Positions 31,005 to 41,421 of a stretch of 64,000 bases of DNA are shown one piece after another. The position numbers were made by a program, and so were the translations under genes. The DNA lies in NCBI GenBank assembly GCA_049970895.1, contig JBMFMB010000002.1, positions 16,017-80,016 on the forward strand, read 5' to 3'. The number at the start of each line of letters is the position of its first letter. Positions within the stretch are counted from its first letter, which is position 1. The notes beneath the pieces were generated by a model, which saw only the letters and a list, made by a program, of their open reading frames with translations, made no database searches and was not told the origin of the DNA. This DNA is from Candidatus Bathyarchaeia archaeon. GTDB taxonomy: Archaea > Thermoproteota > Bathyarchaeia > Bathyarchaeales > Bathycorpusculaceae.

Positions 31005-31436
31005 ATGGCTGCCATGCCCTCAATAAAATCGCGAGAAATAAAAATTGTTCAAGACATCCCCATAGGTAGGACGCTGCCATTCTGGGAAGCCCTTAAAGAA
31101 GGGAAAATCCTAGCCACAAAATGCAGAAAATGCGGAAAACTGTGCTTCCCGCCAGTTGCCGACTGCTCAAACTGCCTAACCTCAGACATGGAGTGGGTTG
31201 AACTCAGCAACGATGCAACAATAGAAACTTTTACGCATGTAGTTGTTAGACCAACAACCTTCCAGCAGGAAAAGCCCTACACAGTCGCCATAGGCAGACT
31301 TAAGGAAGGCGTTAGGGTGCTCGCGTGGCTTACAGGCTTTAAACTTTCAGAAGTTAAGGTCGGCATGAAAGCTAAACTTGTGGCAAAGATAACCCCCGAA
31401 GGACGCCCCACATACGAGTTCACGAGGCCGGAGTAA
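31005..31436 (+). CDS. DUF35 zinc-ribbon/OB-fold protein (thiolase partner)
   Basis: CRKC...FPP...CSNC then an OB fold; directly after the thiolase. Confidence 0.9.
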   Translation: MAAMPSIKSREIKIVQDIPIGRTLPFWEALKEGKILATKCRKCGKLCFPPVADCSNCLTSDMEWVELSNDATIETFTHVVVRPTTFQQEKPYTVAIGRLKEGVRVLAWLTGFKLSEVKVGMKAKLVAKITPEGRPTYEFTRPE

Positions 31437-31514
31437 AAACTGCTGCTTGCACAGCTTTGACTATGGAAAGTATTATTACTCCAAAAACCGCAAATATCTC
31501 TAATAGGGTTTAAT

Positions 31515-33248
31515 ATGTCAGCTAAAAGGAAAAAGAAGGTTGAAGAAGCAAAAATTGAAAAACCGCCGGAAAAACCATGGTACAAGTTTTGGCCTCCAGG
31601 CGTTAGGAAACACATAGACTATCCAGAAGTGCCACTTTTCGAGTTTTTAAGGGATTCTGCCAGAAAATATCCGGATAAGACCGCGATCATCTACTTTGAC
31701 AGAAAAATAACCTATAAAGAGCTTGACGTGCTTTCCGACAAGTTTGCAACAGCCCTAGTGGATTTGGGAGTGAAAAAGGGAGACAAGGTCGCAATTTTCC
31801 TTCCAAATATCCCACAGTTTGTAATTTCATATTATGGCGCGTTAAAGGCTGGAGCAATTGTAACGGCAATAAGTCCCCTCTACAAGGAGCGGGAGGTGGA
31901 GCATCAACTAAACGATTCTGAAGCTGAAACAATAATTGTCCTCGACATGCTTTACCCAATCGTGGAAAAGGTTTGGGAGAAAACAAAGCTTCGAAATGTC
32001 ATAGTGGCTAGTCTAAAGGATTATATGCCAACGTTTAAGGCTTTTTTGGGTTCTCTGCTGAAAAAGATTCCAGCACGTAAAGTAGAACGTAGGGCGAATG
32101 TTTACTTCTTCACAGAACTTATGGCAAGGTATGAGGCTAAGCCGCCAAAGGTTGAAATAAATCCGAGGGAGGATTTGGCTGCCCTCCAATATACTGGTGG
32201 GACCACAGGCATCTCTAAGGGGGCTATGCTCACCCACATGAATCTTGTTTCCAACGCAGTTATGTGTAAAGAGTGGCTGCAAGCCAAAGAGGCTGAAGAA
32301 GTTGTTTTAACGGTTCTTCCGCTTTTCCACATTTACGGCATGACAACAAGCATGAACGCCCCAATATTCTTCGTTGGAACAATGGTTATGCTGCCCCGCT
32401 TCGACGCGACAGCCGTCTTGGAAGCCATTCAAAAATATAGAGTGTCTGTGTTCTGCGGTGCACCCACAATGTATGCGATGCTTCTAGCCCACCCAGACAT
32501 CAAAAAATACAATCTTAGATCAATAAAGTTCTGCATATCCGGTGCGGCTCCACTCCCACCAGAGGTTCAGAAGAAGTTTATGGAGGTTACTGGCGGCGTT
32601 TTGGTTGAGGGTTATGGGCTTACAGAGTCATCGCCAGTAACACACGCCAACCCGCTTGACAAGACCATGAAAACGGTGAAGATAGGTTCAATAGGAATAC
32701 CATGGCCAGACACAGACGCGAAAATAGTTGACATAGAAACTGGCGAAAAAGAGCTCCCACCCGGAGAAGTTGGTGAGCTCATAGTTAAGGGTCCGCAGGT
32801 TATGAAGGGTTATTGGAAGATGCCGGAGGAAACAGCTGAGGTTCTAAGAAATGGTTGGCTCTACACTGGCGATATCGGCAAAATGGATGAGGATGGCTAC
32901 TTCTACATAACAGATAGGAAGAAAGATCTAATCAAGTATAAGGGTTACAGTGTTTATCCAAGGGAGCTTGAAGATATCTTATATGAGCATCCAGCCGTGA
33001 AACTATGCGGAGTTATTGGCAAACCAGACCCTGTTGCCGGTGAAATTCCAAAGGCCTTCGTTGTGCTTAAAGAGGGGATGACCACCACAGAAGAGGAACT
33101 TATGAAATTTGTGAATGAGAAGGTTGCACCCTACAAGGCAATAAGGGAACTAGAAATTCGCAGGGAGCTGCCACTTAGTGCTGTTGGCAAAGTTCTCCGA
33201 AGAGTATTGCGGGATGAAGAGCTTAAAAAACTGGCTGCTAAAACCTAG
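31515..33248 (+). CDS. Long-chain-fatty-acid--CoA ligase
   Basis: YTGGTTGISKG, EGYGLTE, YTGD, DRKKDLI, VGK. Confidence 0.95.
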   Translation: MSAKRKKKVEEAKIEKPPEKPWYKFWPPGVRKHIDYPEVPLFEFLRDSARKYPDKTAIIYFDRKITYKELDVLSDKFATALVDLGVKKGDKVAIFLPNIPQFVISYYGALKAGAIVTAISPLYKEREVEHQLNDSEAETIIVLDMLYPIVEKVWEKTKLRNVIVASLKDYMPTFKAFLGSLLKKIPARKVERRANVYFFTELMARYEAKPPKVEINPREDLAALQYTGGTTGISKGAMLTHMNLVSNAVMCKEWLQAKEAEEVVLTVLPLFHIYGMTTSMNAPIFFVGTMVMLPRFDATAVLEAIQKYRVSVFCGAPTMYAMLLAHPDIKKYNLRSIKFCISGAAPLPPEVQKKFMEVTGGVLVEGYGLTESSPVTHANPLDKTMKTVKIGSIGIPWPDTDAKIVDIETGEKELPPGEVGELIVKGPQVMKGYWKMPEETAEVLRNGWLYTGDIGKMDEDGYFYITDRKKDLIKYKGYSVYPRELEDILYEHPAVKLCGVIGKPDPVAGEIPKAFVVLKEGMTTTEEELMKFVNEKVAPYKAIRELEIRRELPLSAVGKVLRRVLRDEELKKLAAKT

Positions 33249-33280
33249 CCTTCCTCTTTCTTTATTGGCGCTGTTTACTT

Positions 33281-34822
33281 TTAAACTGGCTCGCTTAGCT
33301 TCTTCCCAAACTTTTCAGTCCACTCGCTGACTGAGATGGCGAACTGTTTTTCCACATTGTTTCTGTGGATGCTGTTGTATGTGCAGAAAGGTCTGACCTT
33401 GCCGTCTGGCGTTGCGTAGTGTATTACGCATCTTTGTACGCGGTCTAGGTCAAAGTTCCAAACGTCCATAAAGTGCATTATTCCAATCATGATTATTTTT
33501 CGCATGAAACTTCCAAGTGCCTCGTAGCTTCCCTTTGTTATAACGTCCTTAAGCAAGCCTCTAACAAGAGACGACTTCACCAGTGGCAGCAGCTCCAACA
33601 TCTTCATCTTCGCCTTCGTCCTCTTGCCCTTAACACCAGAGTAGTAAATGTCCCAGAAGATTTCGGCGAGACGGTCAACATCCACATATTGGGTTATAGG
33701 CTTGTATGAACCGTCCTTTTCAACTACTAGGAATGTCGCCGCCCCACACATGGGGTGCATAGTAAACTCGGGATAAATCCTGTTCTTCACAACGCCCATG
33801 CCCTTAGAAATTGGAACAGGCCAATTAACAGGCCTCCAGTCCCACCGTGTAACAACCCCGTTCGTCTGCTCTTCTATTAGTTTGATGGTTTCCGGCACCG
33901 TTATGCGCATTTTCCGCATTTCGTCTTTGCGAGCTCTTCCAGCCATGGAGATTGGCTGAATGTTGATGCATCTGACGACATCGTGATTTTCAACCGCGTA
34001 GCGGACTATGTCGCCTAAGTCTTTGTCGTTCACGCCTCTTGCGAGGGTGACCACCAAAACTATTGAGTCTAAGCCTACTTTTCGCGCGTTTTCCAATACC
34101 TTATGCTTTATTTGGGCAAGGTCTGTTCTACCCCTAGTCTTCTTGTAAATTTCTTCTCTTAAACCATCAAACTGCAGGTAGAGTGTGCTCATGCCAGCAT
34201 CAAAAAGCTTCCTGAAATAGTCTACGTCTTCTGCGATGCGTAAACCATTAGTGTTCACTTCCACATGTTCTATCCCAGCCTTTTTCGCTTCTGCGATAAG
34301 CTGTGGCAAATCGTTTCTTAGGGTTGGTTCGCCTCCGCTGAACTGTAGAGCGTTACACGCCCAGGGCTTGTTGTTCCTGAGCAGTTTAATCATTTCCACA
34401 ATCTGCTGATATTTTGGTTCATAAACATAATTGACCGCCCCAGCATAGGCAAAGCAGACAGGACAAGCCATGTTGCACCTGTTTGTTACATCTATTATGC
34501 CTAAAACTGTGTAGGACTTGTGCTGGGTGCATAAGCCGCAGTCGTATGGGCACCCGTTAACAGTTTTTGTATGAGGGTTCTCCAAGCCGTTTCCCATGTA
34601 TTTGGCGTTATACCATTCCCTGTAAATCCACTTGAAAAGTTCAGCGTCACCCCAATAGACATCTTCAAATTTCCCATGTTTGGGACATGTTTTTTCAAGG
34701 TAGATTACGCCGTTTTCCTCATAAATTCTCATGGGAACTCTGTTTAGGCATTCTGGGCACAGGCTTGTGGAATAGGCTTCAAATTTTGCCTCTTCTTCTT
34801 GTTTTTGCATTTCAATCGCCAT
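33281..34822 (-). CDS. tes: Tetraether lipid synthase (GDGT-MAS, radical SAM)
   Basis: N-terminal CPEC...CPKHG, CPYDCGLC, radical SAM CNMACPVC, LQFDG, MHFMD, RCVIHYATPDG, PFCTYN; architecture of the MJ0619 family. Confidence 0.9.
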   Translation of the reverse strand: MAIEMQKQEEEAKFEAYSTSLCPECLNRVPMRIYEENGVIYLEKTCPKHGKFEDVYWGDAELFKWIYREWYNAKYMGNGLENPHTKTVNGCPYDCGLCTQHKSYTVLGIIDVTNRCNMACPVCFAYAGAVNYVYEPKYQQIVEMIKLLRNNKPWACNALQFSGGEPTLRNDLPQLIAEAKKAGIEHVEVNTNGLRIAEDVDYFRKLFDAGMSTLYLQFDGLREEIYKKTRGRTDLAQIKHKVLENARKVGLDSIVLVVTLARGVNDKDLGDIVRYAVENHDVVRCINIQPISMAGRARKDEMRKMRITVPETIKLIEEQTNGVVTRWDWRPVNWPVPISKGMGVVKNRIYPEFTMHPMCGAATFLVVEKDGSYKPITQYVDVDRLAEIFWDIYYSGVKGKRTKAKMKMLELLPLVKSSLVRGLLKDVITKGSYEALGSFMRKIIMIGIMHFMDVWNFDLDRVQRCVIHYATPDGKVRPFCTYNSIHRNNVEKQFAISVSEWTEKFGKKLSEPV

Positions 34823-34852
34823 GTTATGGTTTAAGGTCTCGGCTTGTGGCTA

Positions 34853-34877
34853 TATTAAAATTTCCATAATTTTAATA
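34853..34877. promoter_or_regulatory. Back-to-back TATA boxes forming a 10-5-10 inverted repeat between tes and trmB
   Basis: TATTAAAATT-TCCAT-AATTTTAATA; each TTTTAATA lies about 25-30 bp upstream of a start codon. Confidence 0.65.
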
Positions 34878-34901
34878 GGATGAAAAGTGTTATTCCTTTA
34901 C

Positions 34902-35645
34902 ATGAGCGAAAAAGTAAAGATGATGCTGAGAAGGGTTGGACTTACAGACTACGAGGCAGACGCATACCTACTCCTTATGGCGAAAGGTGCATTAACAGCC
35001 AAACAAATAAGCTATGGAGCCCAAATACCCTACTCAAAAGTTTACCAGATCCTAAACAGCTTGGAAAAGAAGGGTTGGATAGAGGCGACAAGAAAAAGAC
35101 CAAGCAGATACTTTCCAAAATCGCCTGAAACAGCCTTAAAAACGGCCAAGGCAGCCTTTGAAAACGAGTGGCTTCAAATCGAGAAAACAATAACCGACGA
35201 GCTGCTCCCAATCTATGAAAAACTGAAAACTAAAGAGAAATATGATGTTTGGATTTTGCGAGGCGCATTAAACATAATTTCAAAGTTTAGGGAAATGACC
35301 AAAAAATGTAGGCAGGAGATGCTCATAGCCCTACCATTCATCAAAGAAGAGTTTCTGATGGATTTCCACCAACTGCTCCACTCTTTTATCGGCGATGGAG
35401 TGCAGGTCCGCTTCATGATGTTAAAGGGATTAAGCGAAAATGTGTATAGGGCTCTTTCAAAAATTGGCGAGGTAAAGTGCAGAACAAAAATGTTTGGCGG
35501 CGGCGCCATATCAGACGGCAGCGAAGTTCTATTGCTCTTCAGCGATGAAAGGGGTGAGATAAGTGCCATATGGTCTGACCATCCTGGCTTGGCGACATTA
35601 GCAAAAGACTACTTCAACTATTTGTGGAAGGAGCCTGAAGGGTGA
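34902..35645 (+). CDS. TrmB-family transcriptional regulator
   Basis: GLTDYEADAY...IPYSKVYQILNSLEKKGWI...PSRY wHTH plus a C-terminal effector domain. Confidence 0.9.
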   Translation: MSEKVKMMLRRVGLTDYEADAYLLLMAKGALTAKQISYGAQIPYSKVYQILNSLEKKGWIEATRKRPSRYFPKSPETALKTAKAAFENEWLQIEKTITDELLPIYEKLKTKEKYDVWILRGALNIISKFREMTKKCRQEMLIALPFIKEEFLMDFHQLLHSFIGDGVQVRFMMLKGLSENVYRALSKIGEVKCRTKMFGGGAISDGSEVLLLFSDERGEISAIWSDHPGLATLAKDYFNYLWKEPEG

Positions 35646-35697
35646 AACTTTAAAACCAGCTTTTCAACTGTGAATAAATTTCAAGAGATGGAATACG

Positions 35698-37977
35698 GTG
35701 CGAGTGAAGGTTAGAGTTACGGGCATAATTCAGGGCGTAGGATTCCGCCCCTTCATATATCGCATAGCCGTAAAAAATGGCCTGAAAGGCTATGTCAGGA
35801 ATATGGGCGATGCTGGTGTTGAAATCCTCCTAGAAGGTGAGGAAAACGCCATCAACAATTTCTTGAGGGATTTGAGGTGGAAGAAGCCGCCTTTGGCGCA
35901 GATTCAAGAAATTATCATAAGGGAGCTCGAAGGCGAGAACCAGTATACAAGCTTTACGATTGAGAAGAGCTCAGAGGAGTCTGAGCTTTCTGGTTCTGTT
36001 ATTCCGCCAGATGTAGCCATATGCGACGAGTGCCTAAAGGAGTTAAGGGAGAAGGGCAACCTCAGATACGAGTACTTTTTCATAACTTGCACTGATTGCG
36101 GTCCAAGATACACGATTATTGAGAGGCTTCCCTACGACCGTGAAAACACCACCATGCGGGACTTCCCCATGTGCAGCTTCTGCCAAAAAGAGTACAAAGA
36201 CCCATTGAATAGGCGTTTTCATGCACAAACTGTGGCTTGCCCAAAATGTGGTCCAAAAGTTTACCTAACAACGTGTAAAGGCGAACTTGTTTCCACTAAT
36301 GATCCAATAAGGGAGACTGGTAAACTGCTCGCGGAAGGCTTTATCGTCGCCATAAAGGGATACGGTGGCTTCCACGTGGCGGCTGCAACAACAAAGGATG
36401 AGCCTTTGATAAGGCTTAGGGAAGCGAAGCATAGAAGGCAGAAGCCCTTCGCTATTATGGCAAGAAGCCTCGAAGCCGTGCAGTCCTTCGCCGAAGTAAG
36501 CCCAAAAGAAGCCGAGCTTTTAATCTCCCATACACGTCCAATAGTACTTCTGAAAAAGAACAGCAAATACTACCTTTCAGATTTGATTGCTCCGGGCTTG
36601 CATAATGTCGGCGTCATGCTCCCCTATACTGGACTACACTATATGCTTTTTGACGAGGTGGACGAGCCAGCCTTTGTTATGACGAGTGCTAATCCACCAA
36701 ACCAGCCTATAGTTAAAGATGACGATGAAGCCCTAAAAACTCTTGGTGGCATTGTTGACTACTTCCTTTTTCATAATAGACGAATAGCCCATAGATGCGA
36801 CGACTCAGTTGTGCGGGTGCACGGCGAGAAAACGGTTTTTATTAGGCGTTCGAGGGGTTATGCGCCCGCCCCAATAATGCTGAGGGAAAAAGCCAAAAAA
36901 TGCGTTTTAGCATTGGGCGGAGAGCTGAACAACACTGCTTGTGTTTTGCTTGGCAATAAAGCCTTCATATCCCAGCACATAGGCGATGTGGAAAACATAG
37001 AAACCCGCGATTTCTTGGAGAATGCAGCCAAACATTTAATTCGCCTAACAAACAGCAAGGTGGACGCTGTTGCATGCGATTTACACCCAAAATTCACAAC
37101 AACAAAGCTTGCAAAAGACTTGGCGGAAGGGAATGATTGGCAGTTCTTCCAAGTTCAACATCACTATGCACATGTTGCAGCCTTGATGGCTGAACATGGC
37201 ATATCCGAAATCGTTGGCATCTGCTGCGACGGCTATGGTTATGGCGTTGACGGCGAAGCTTGGGGAGGCGAAATAATACTAGGCTTAAGGGACTCGATGG
37301 AGTTTAAACGCCTAGCCCACCTTGAAAAACAGCCTATGATCGGCGGGGATTTAGCCACCAGCTATCCGCTCAGGATAGCGGCTGGAATACTACACAAAAA
37401 AGTGAACGTGGAAGACTGGCTCATGCAAAATAAGGGGCTTTTTCCGCATGGCGAAAAGGAAGCCCAGCTAATTTTTCAGCAATTGAAAACGGGGCGCGGC
37501 ACGGTTAAAACAACAAGTTGTGGAAGGGTTTTAGACGCTGTTGCCGCCGTTTTAGGAGTGTGCCATGAGCGAACATATGAGGGCGAGCCAGCTATGAAGC
37601 TGGAATCAACAGCCATAAAAGGAAAAGACGTCTTGAAATTAAAGCCAATAATTGAAGACAACACCCTCAACACGACAGAACTGCTATTGGAGATATTTGA
37701 AAACAGGGAAAGATATGGCATACATGATTTGGCTTTCTCCGCCCACGCCTACCTAGCAAAAGGCTTGGCAGAACTAGCCATAGAAAAGGCGTTAGAGAAT
37801 GACGTTAAAGCAGTGGGCTTTTCTGGCGGAGTTGCATGCAACGAAATACTAGCAAGAATCATACGGGAAACTGTTGAGGCATCTAACCTAAAATTTCTCG
37901 TTCACGAGGCTGTTCCGTCGGGTGATGGCGGCTTATCTTTTGGTCAAGCTTTCGCCGCTGGATTCCTGCCACCATAA
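35698..37977 (+). CDS. hypF: Carbamoyltransferase, [NiFe]-hydrogenase maturation
   Basis: QGVGFRPF, CTDCGPRY, RRFHAQ, QHHYAH, DGYGYG, SGGV, DGGLSFGQ. Confidence 0.97.
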   Translation: MRVKVRVTGIIQGVGFRPFIYRIAVKNGLKGYVRNMGDAGVEILLEGEENAINNFLRDLRWKKPPLAQIQEIIIRELEGENQYTSFTIEKSSEESELSGSVIPPDVAICDECLKELREKGNLRYEYFFITCTDCGPRYTIIERLPYDRENTTMRDFPMCSFCQKEYKDPLNRRFHAQTVACPKCGPKVYLTTCKGELVSTNDPIRETGKLLAEGFIVAIKGYGGFHVAAATTKDEPLIRLREAKHRRQKPFAIMARSLEAVQSFAEVSPKEAELLISHTRPIVLLKKNSKYYLSDLIAPGLHNVGVMLPYTGLHYMLFDEVDEPAFVMTSANPPNQPIVKDDDEALKTLGGIVDYFLFHNRRIAHRCDDSVVRVHGEKTVFIRRSRGYAPAPIMLREKAKKCVLALGGELNNTACVLLGNKAFISQHIGDVENIETRDFLENAAKHLIRLTNSKVDAVACDLHPKFTTTKLAKDLAEGNDWQFFQVQHHYAHVAALMAEHGISEIVGICCDGYGYGVDGEAWGGEIILGLRDSMEFKRLAHLEKQPMIGGDLATSYPLRIAAGILHKKVNVEDWLMQNKGLFPHGEKEAQLIFQQLKTGRGTVKTTSCGRVLDAVAAVLGVCHERTYEGEPAMKLESTAIKGKDVLKLKPIIEDNTLNTTELLLEIFENRERYGIHDLAFSAHAYLAKGLAELAIEKALENDVKAVGFSGGVACNEILARIIRETVEASNLKFLVHEAVPSGDGGLSFGQAFAAGFLPP

Positions 37978-38023
37978 GCCATAAACGATTTATCCCTGTT
38001 TGTTTTGCTATTTTCAGATAAAA

Positions 38024-38269
38024 ATGTGTTTAGCTATCCCCGCAAAGGTTGTAAGCATTCAGGGCAATGTTGCAAAAGTGGATTTTGGAGGGGGCATAAT
38101 AAGGGAGGTTGACGTAAGCCTCGTAGACGTCAAGCCCGATGATTATGTGCTTGTTCATGCGGGTTATGCCATTCAAGTGCTAAGTAAGGAAGAAGCTGAA
38201 GAAACGCTTCGTTTATGGAGTGAAATTCTAGAAGCTGGAGAAAAGCTTGAACGAAATGATTTGCGATGA
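38024..38269 (+). CDS. hypC: Hydrogenase maturation protein HypC
   Basis: MCLAIP, YVLVHAGYAI. Confidence 0.96.
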   Translation: MCLAIPAKVVSIQGNVAKVDFGGGIIREVDVSLVDVKPDDYVLVHAGYAIQVLSKEEAEETLRLWSEILEAGEKLERNDLR

Positions 38270-38275
38270 GCTGAA

Positions 38276-39376
38276 ATGTTTGAGCATTTAAAATTCAGAG
38301 ATCCAAAATTAGCGAAACGTGTCGTTGAAAAAATCCACGAAGTTGCACCAAAACGTGATACCGTGAAGATATGCCATGTCTGCGGCACTCACGAGTGGAC
38401 AATAACCCATTATGGGCTTAGAAGCCTTTTACCACAAAATGTTGAGGTTATAGCTGGACCAGGATGCCCAGTGTGCATTACACCAGCCTCTGAAATAGAT
38501 GAGGCTGTGCAACTCGCCCTAAAAGGGGTTGTTGTGACATGCTTTGGGGATGTGCTCCGCGTACCGGGCTCCGAAAAATCACTATTAGACGCCAAAGCGG
38601 AAGGAGCAGATGTCCGAGTTGTTTATAGCGCATTAGACGCGGTTAAAATGGCTGAAAAAGAGCCGGATAAAGAGTTCACCTTTTTCGCTATAGGTTTTGA
38701 AACAACAGCTCCATCAACAGCCCTTGAAATCTTGAAAATGCCGCCAAAAAACCTAAGCTTTCTGGTCTCTCATCGTCTTATACCACCAGCAATGGAGCTT
38801 CTCCTTGGAATAGGCGACCTCCACATAGATGGTTTCATCGCTCCAGGACATGTGAGCACCATTATAGGCTTAAAGCCATATGAGATTTTCCCGAAAGCTT
38901 ATCGCATGCCAACAGTGGTAGCTGGCTTTGAACCTTTAGATGTATTATTTGCCATATACATGGTCTTAAAACAGATTAAGGATAATACGGCACGTTTAGA
39001 AAATGAGTATGTTAGGGCTGTAAGCTGGGAAGGCAACGCTAAAGCGCAAGAGCTAATGCACAAGGCATTCCAAACTGTAGACGGAGAGTGGCGTGGTTTA
39101 GGAAAACTTCCATCATCAGCATTCAAATTAAGGGAAGAACACCGCACTTTTGACGCAAGGGAAAAGTTTGGAGTAAAAATTAGTCGCGGAAGAGACCTAC
39201 TGCCAGGATGCCAATGCCACCTCGTGATGATTGGGAAGATTGAGCCTACAGAATGCCCGCTATTCATGAAGGCTTGCACTCCGCAAAAGCCCATGGGTGC
39301 ATGCATGGTCAGTGCAGAAGGAACATGCAGCATATGGGCAAAGGCAATAAATACAACAGAAAATAGAATAGCGTAA
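38276..39376 (+). CDS. hypD: Hydrogenase maturation protein HypD
   Basis: CGTH, GPGCPVC, GFETTAP, PGHV, CMVSAEGTC. Confidence 0.97.
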   Translation: MFEHLKFRDPKLAKRVVEKIHEVAPKRDTVKICHVCGTHEWTITHYGLRSLLPQNVEVIAGPGCPVCITPASEIDEAVQLALKGVVVTCFGDVLRVPGSEKSLLDAKAEGADVRVVYSALDAVKMAEKEPDKEFTFFAIGFETTAPSTALEILKMPPKNLSFLVSHRLIPPAMELLLGIGDLHIDGFIAPGHVSTIIGLKPYEIFPKAYRMPTVVAGFEPLDVLFAIYMVLKQIKDNTARLENEYVRAVSWEGNAKAQELMHKAFQTVDGEWRGLGKLPSSAFKLREEHRTFDAREKFGVKISRGRDLLPGCQCHLVMIGKIEPTECPLFMKACTPQKPMGACMVSAEGTCSIWAKAINTTENRIA

Positions 39377-39388
39377 TATGTGATGCCT

Positions 39389-39550
39389 ATGTCAGAAAAA
39401 ATGTAAGAAAAGAAGTCATGGAGCTTAGAGAAAGGGTTGTAAAACTAGAGGTAAAGGTTGAAGAACTCACAAACGCGTTGATAACCTTCAAACTATGCAA
39501 GAGAACTTTATAATTACTTGCAAAAACAAGCAAGCAAACCAACATTTTAA
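39389..39550 (+). pseudogene. Small coiled-coil protein broken by single-base indels (pseudogene or assembly error)
   Basis: Restoring one base in three short homopolymer runs gives MSE..VRKEVMELRERVVKLEVKVEELTKRVDNLSNYARELYNYLQKQASKPTF. Confidence 0.5.
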
Positions 39551-39565
39551 GATAAAAGAAAAGGA

Positions 39566-39994
39566 TTATGGCGGGGGGTGGCGGCGGAGGCCCTTTTCCA
39601 AAGAAAGCTTTGACATGCGGTCTCGTTAAGTAATACAATATCAGTATGTCAATGATTAAGCTGATTACTCCTGATGGAAGCGACAGAATACCAAGGATTA
39701 AGCCAATAATTGAAAATACTAGGCATAGGGTCCAAGCCCATCCTTTACCAGTCCATAAACCATAAGCGATGAAAAAGAAATGAGTCCAAGAATGACCATC
39801 ACGACCCCTATTACAATCAACATTCCAGCGACAAGCCCGCCCAGCACCCCAGGAGCCTCAGGCATTTCTCCTACGATAGTTCCAATGAAACCTGCTGCTG
39901 CAAGCATTAAAGCACCAGCACCTAACGAGAAGAGCTCACTAACGATTTCTAAAATTGCAAGCACCGTAACTCCAAAAGGTCTCTCCATTGCCAT
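39566..39994 (-). pseudogene. Multi-pass membrane protein with Pro-rich tail, frameshifted
   Basis: MAMERPFGVTVLAIL... continues after a frameshift near 39775 as IAYGLWTGKGWAWTL...YYLTRPHVKAFFGKGPPPPPP. Confidence 0.6.
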
Positions 39995-40147
39995 TTTATT
40001 TCTCCAAACTCTCTTTGGTGTATTTACGTTATTTACGTTTAATTATATTATCTTCGGTTTGGAATAATTTCTGCGGCAGTTTTGAACATTTAACGTTATT
40101 GTTTTTAACTCGTCATAAAGAAAATAAATTGTAGGCAAAAACATGGC

Positions 40148-41218
40148 TTAGCATATTCTTGGAACAGGGTCTCCTACTGGTCTAGCGATTATTCTTTTTC
40201 CTCCAACTATCGTTTGCATTGCCACTCCACTAAACTCTCTTGTGGCTTCGCCTATAATCTCGGCGTCCTTGCCTTCTTCGGTGGCTTTTAGAAACTTTAA
40301 AACTTCTTCGGCTTTCTCCTTTACGACGCCTATGATTATTTTTCCTTCGTTGCCGACCTCGAGCGGATCCAAGCCTAGCATTTCGCATGCTGCGCGTACA
40401 TTTTCCTTTATTGGTATCTTTTCTTCATAGATTAGTATGCCCACTTTGGATTTTTCGCTGAACTCGTTTAGGGCGTCTGCCAAGCCTCCGCGTGTTGGGT
40501 CTTTCATGGCGACTATGCCGCCAACATTGCTTAGCAACTGCTGAATGAGGCGGTTTAGGGGTTTAACGTCGGATTTTATTTCGCTTCCAAAGCTTAAGCC
40601 CTCTTGGGCTGATAAAACTGCCAAGCCATGGTCGCCTATTGTGCCGGACAATATTATTTTGTCTCCGGGTTTAAGGTTTGAATCTAAAATCCAACGTGTC
40701 TTAAAGTTGTCTCTAAAACGTTTAACAACTGCCAAATTTTTTTCTAGGGCTTCTGTTCTTCTGCCAATTCCAGAAACGTTTACCACACAGCCGCCTAGGC
40801 TTCCTTTCTCAACAACTTTTGTGTCGCCCGTCACTATGCTTACATTTGCTTCTCTGCATGTTTCTTGCATGCTGGCCAAAATCTTTTCAAAATCTGTTAA
40901 GAGTAAGCCCTCCTCCAAAATGAAACCACACGCCAAGGCATAGGGTTCAGCCCCCAAAACCGCAATGTCATTAACGGTGCCAGAGACAGCCAGACGTCCA
41001 ATGTCTCCGCCAGGGAAGAATATGGGCTTTACAGCATGGGAGTCGCTTTTCAAAACAATATTGCCTACAACCGCCGCATCGTCCAAAGCCTCAAGGGGCA
41101 CCTCAAAATTCGCGCCTTCAGTGCCACCAAAGTACTTTAAAATGTAGTTTTTGACGAGGTCATGCATAACCGTTCCGCCAGCGCCGTGCAGCATAGTGAT
41201 GTGTTTGTTCTGCTTCAT
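40148..41218 (-). CDS. hypE: Hydrogenase maturation protein HypE
   Basis: HGAGG, FPGGDIG, GDTKVV, DPTRGG, NEG, C-terminal PRIC. Confidence 0.97.
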   Translation of the reverse strand: MKQNKHITMLHGAGGTVMHDLVKNYILKYFGGTEGANFEVPLEALDDAAVVGNIVLKSDSHAVKPIFFPGGDIGRLAVSGTVNDIAVLGAEPYALACGFILEEGLLLTDFEKILASMQETCREANVSIVTGDTKVVEKGSLGGCVVNVSGIGRRTEALEKNLAVVKRFRDNFKTRWILDSNLKPGDKIILSGTIGDHGLAVLSAQEGLSFGSEIKSDVKPLNRLIQQLLSNVGGIVAMKDPTRGGLADALNEFSEKSKVGILIYEEKIPIKENVRAACEMLGLDPLEVGNEGKIIIGVVKEKAEEVLKFLKATEEGKDAEIIGEATREFSGVAMQTIVGGKRIIARPVGDPVPRIC

Positions 41219-41421
41219 AGTTTCACCATTTTAGGTGCCAATAAGGTTTAGGTTAAACATAAATGCATCGAGGGCCTCAAAAGTTTAGTAATGCTAATTC
41301 ATTAAATTTTGAAATTGGCTTGTTTTGTTGGTGTTTGGTAAACTTTAAAATGTACTAGTTTATGGAAAACCATATAAACCGCCATGTAGCTGTTCAATTG
41401 CACAGTTGGAGAGTCTATCAA

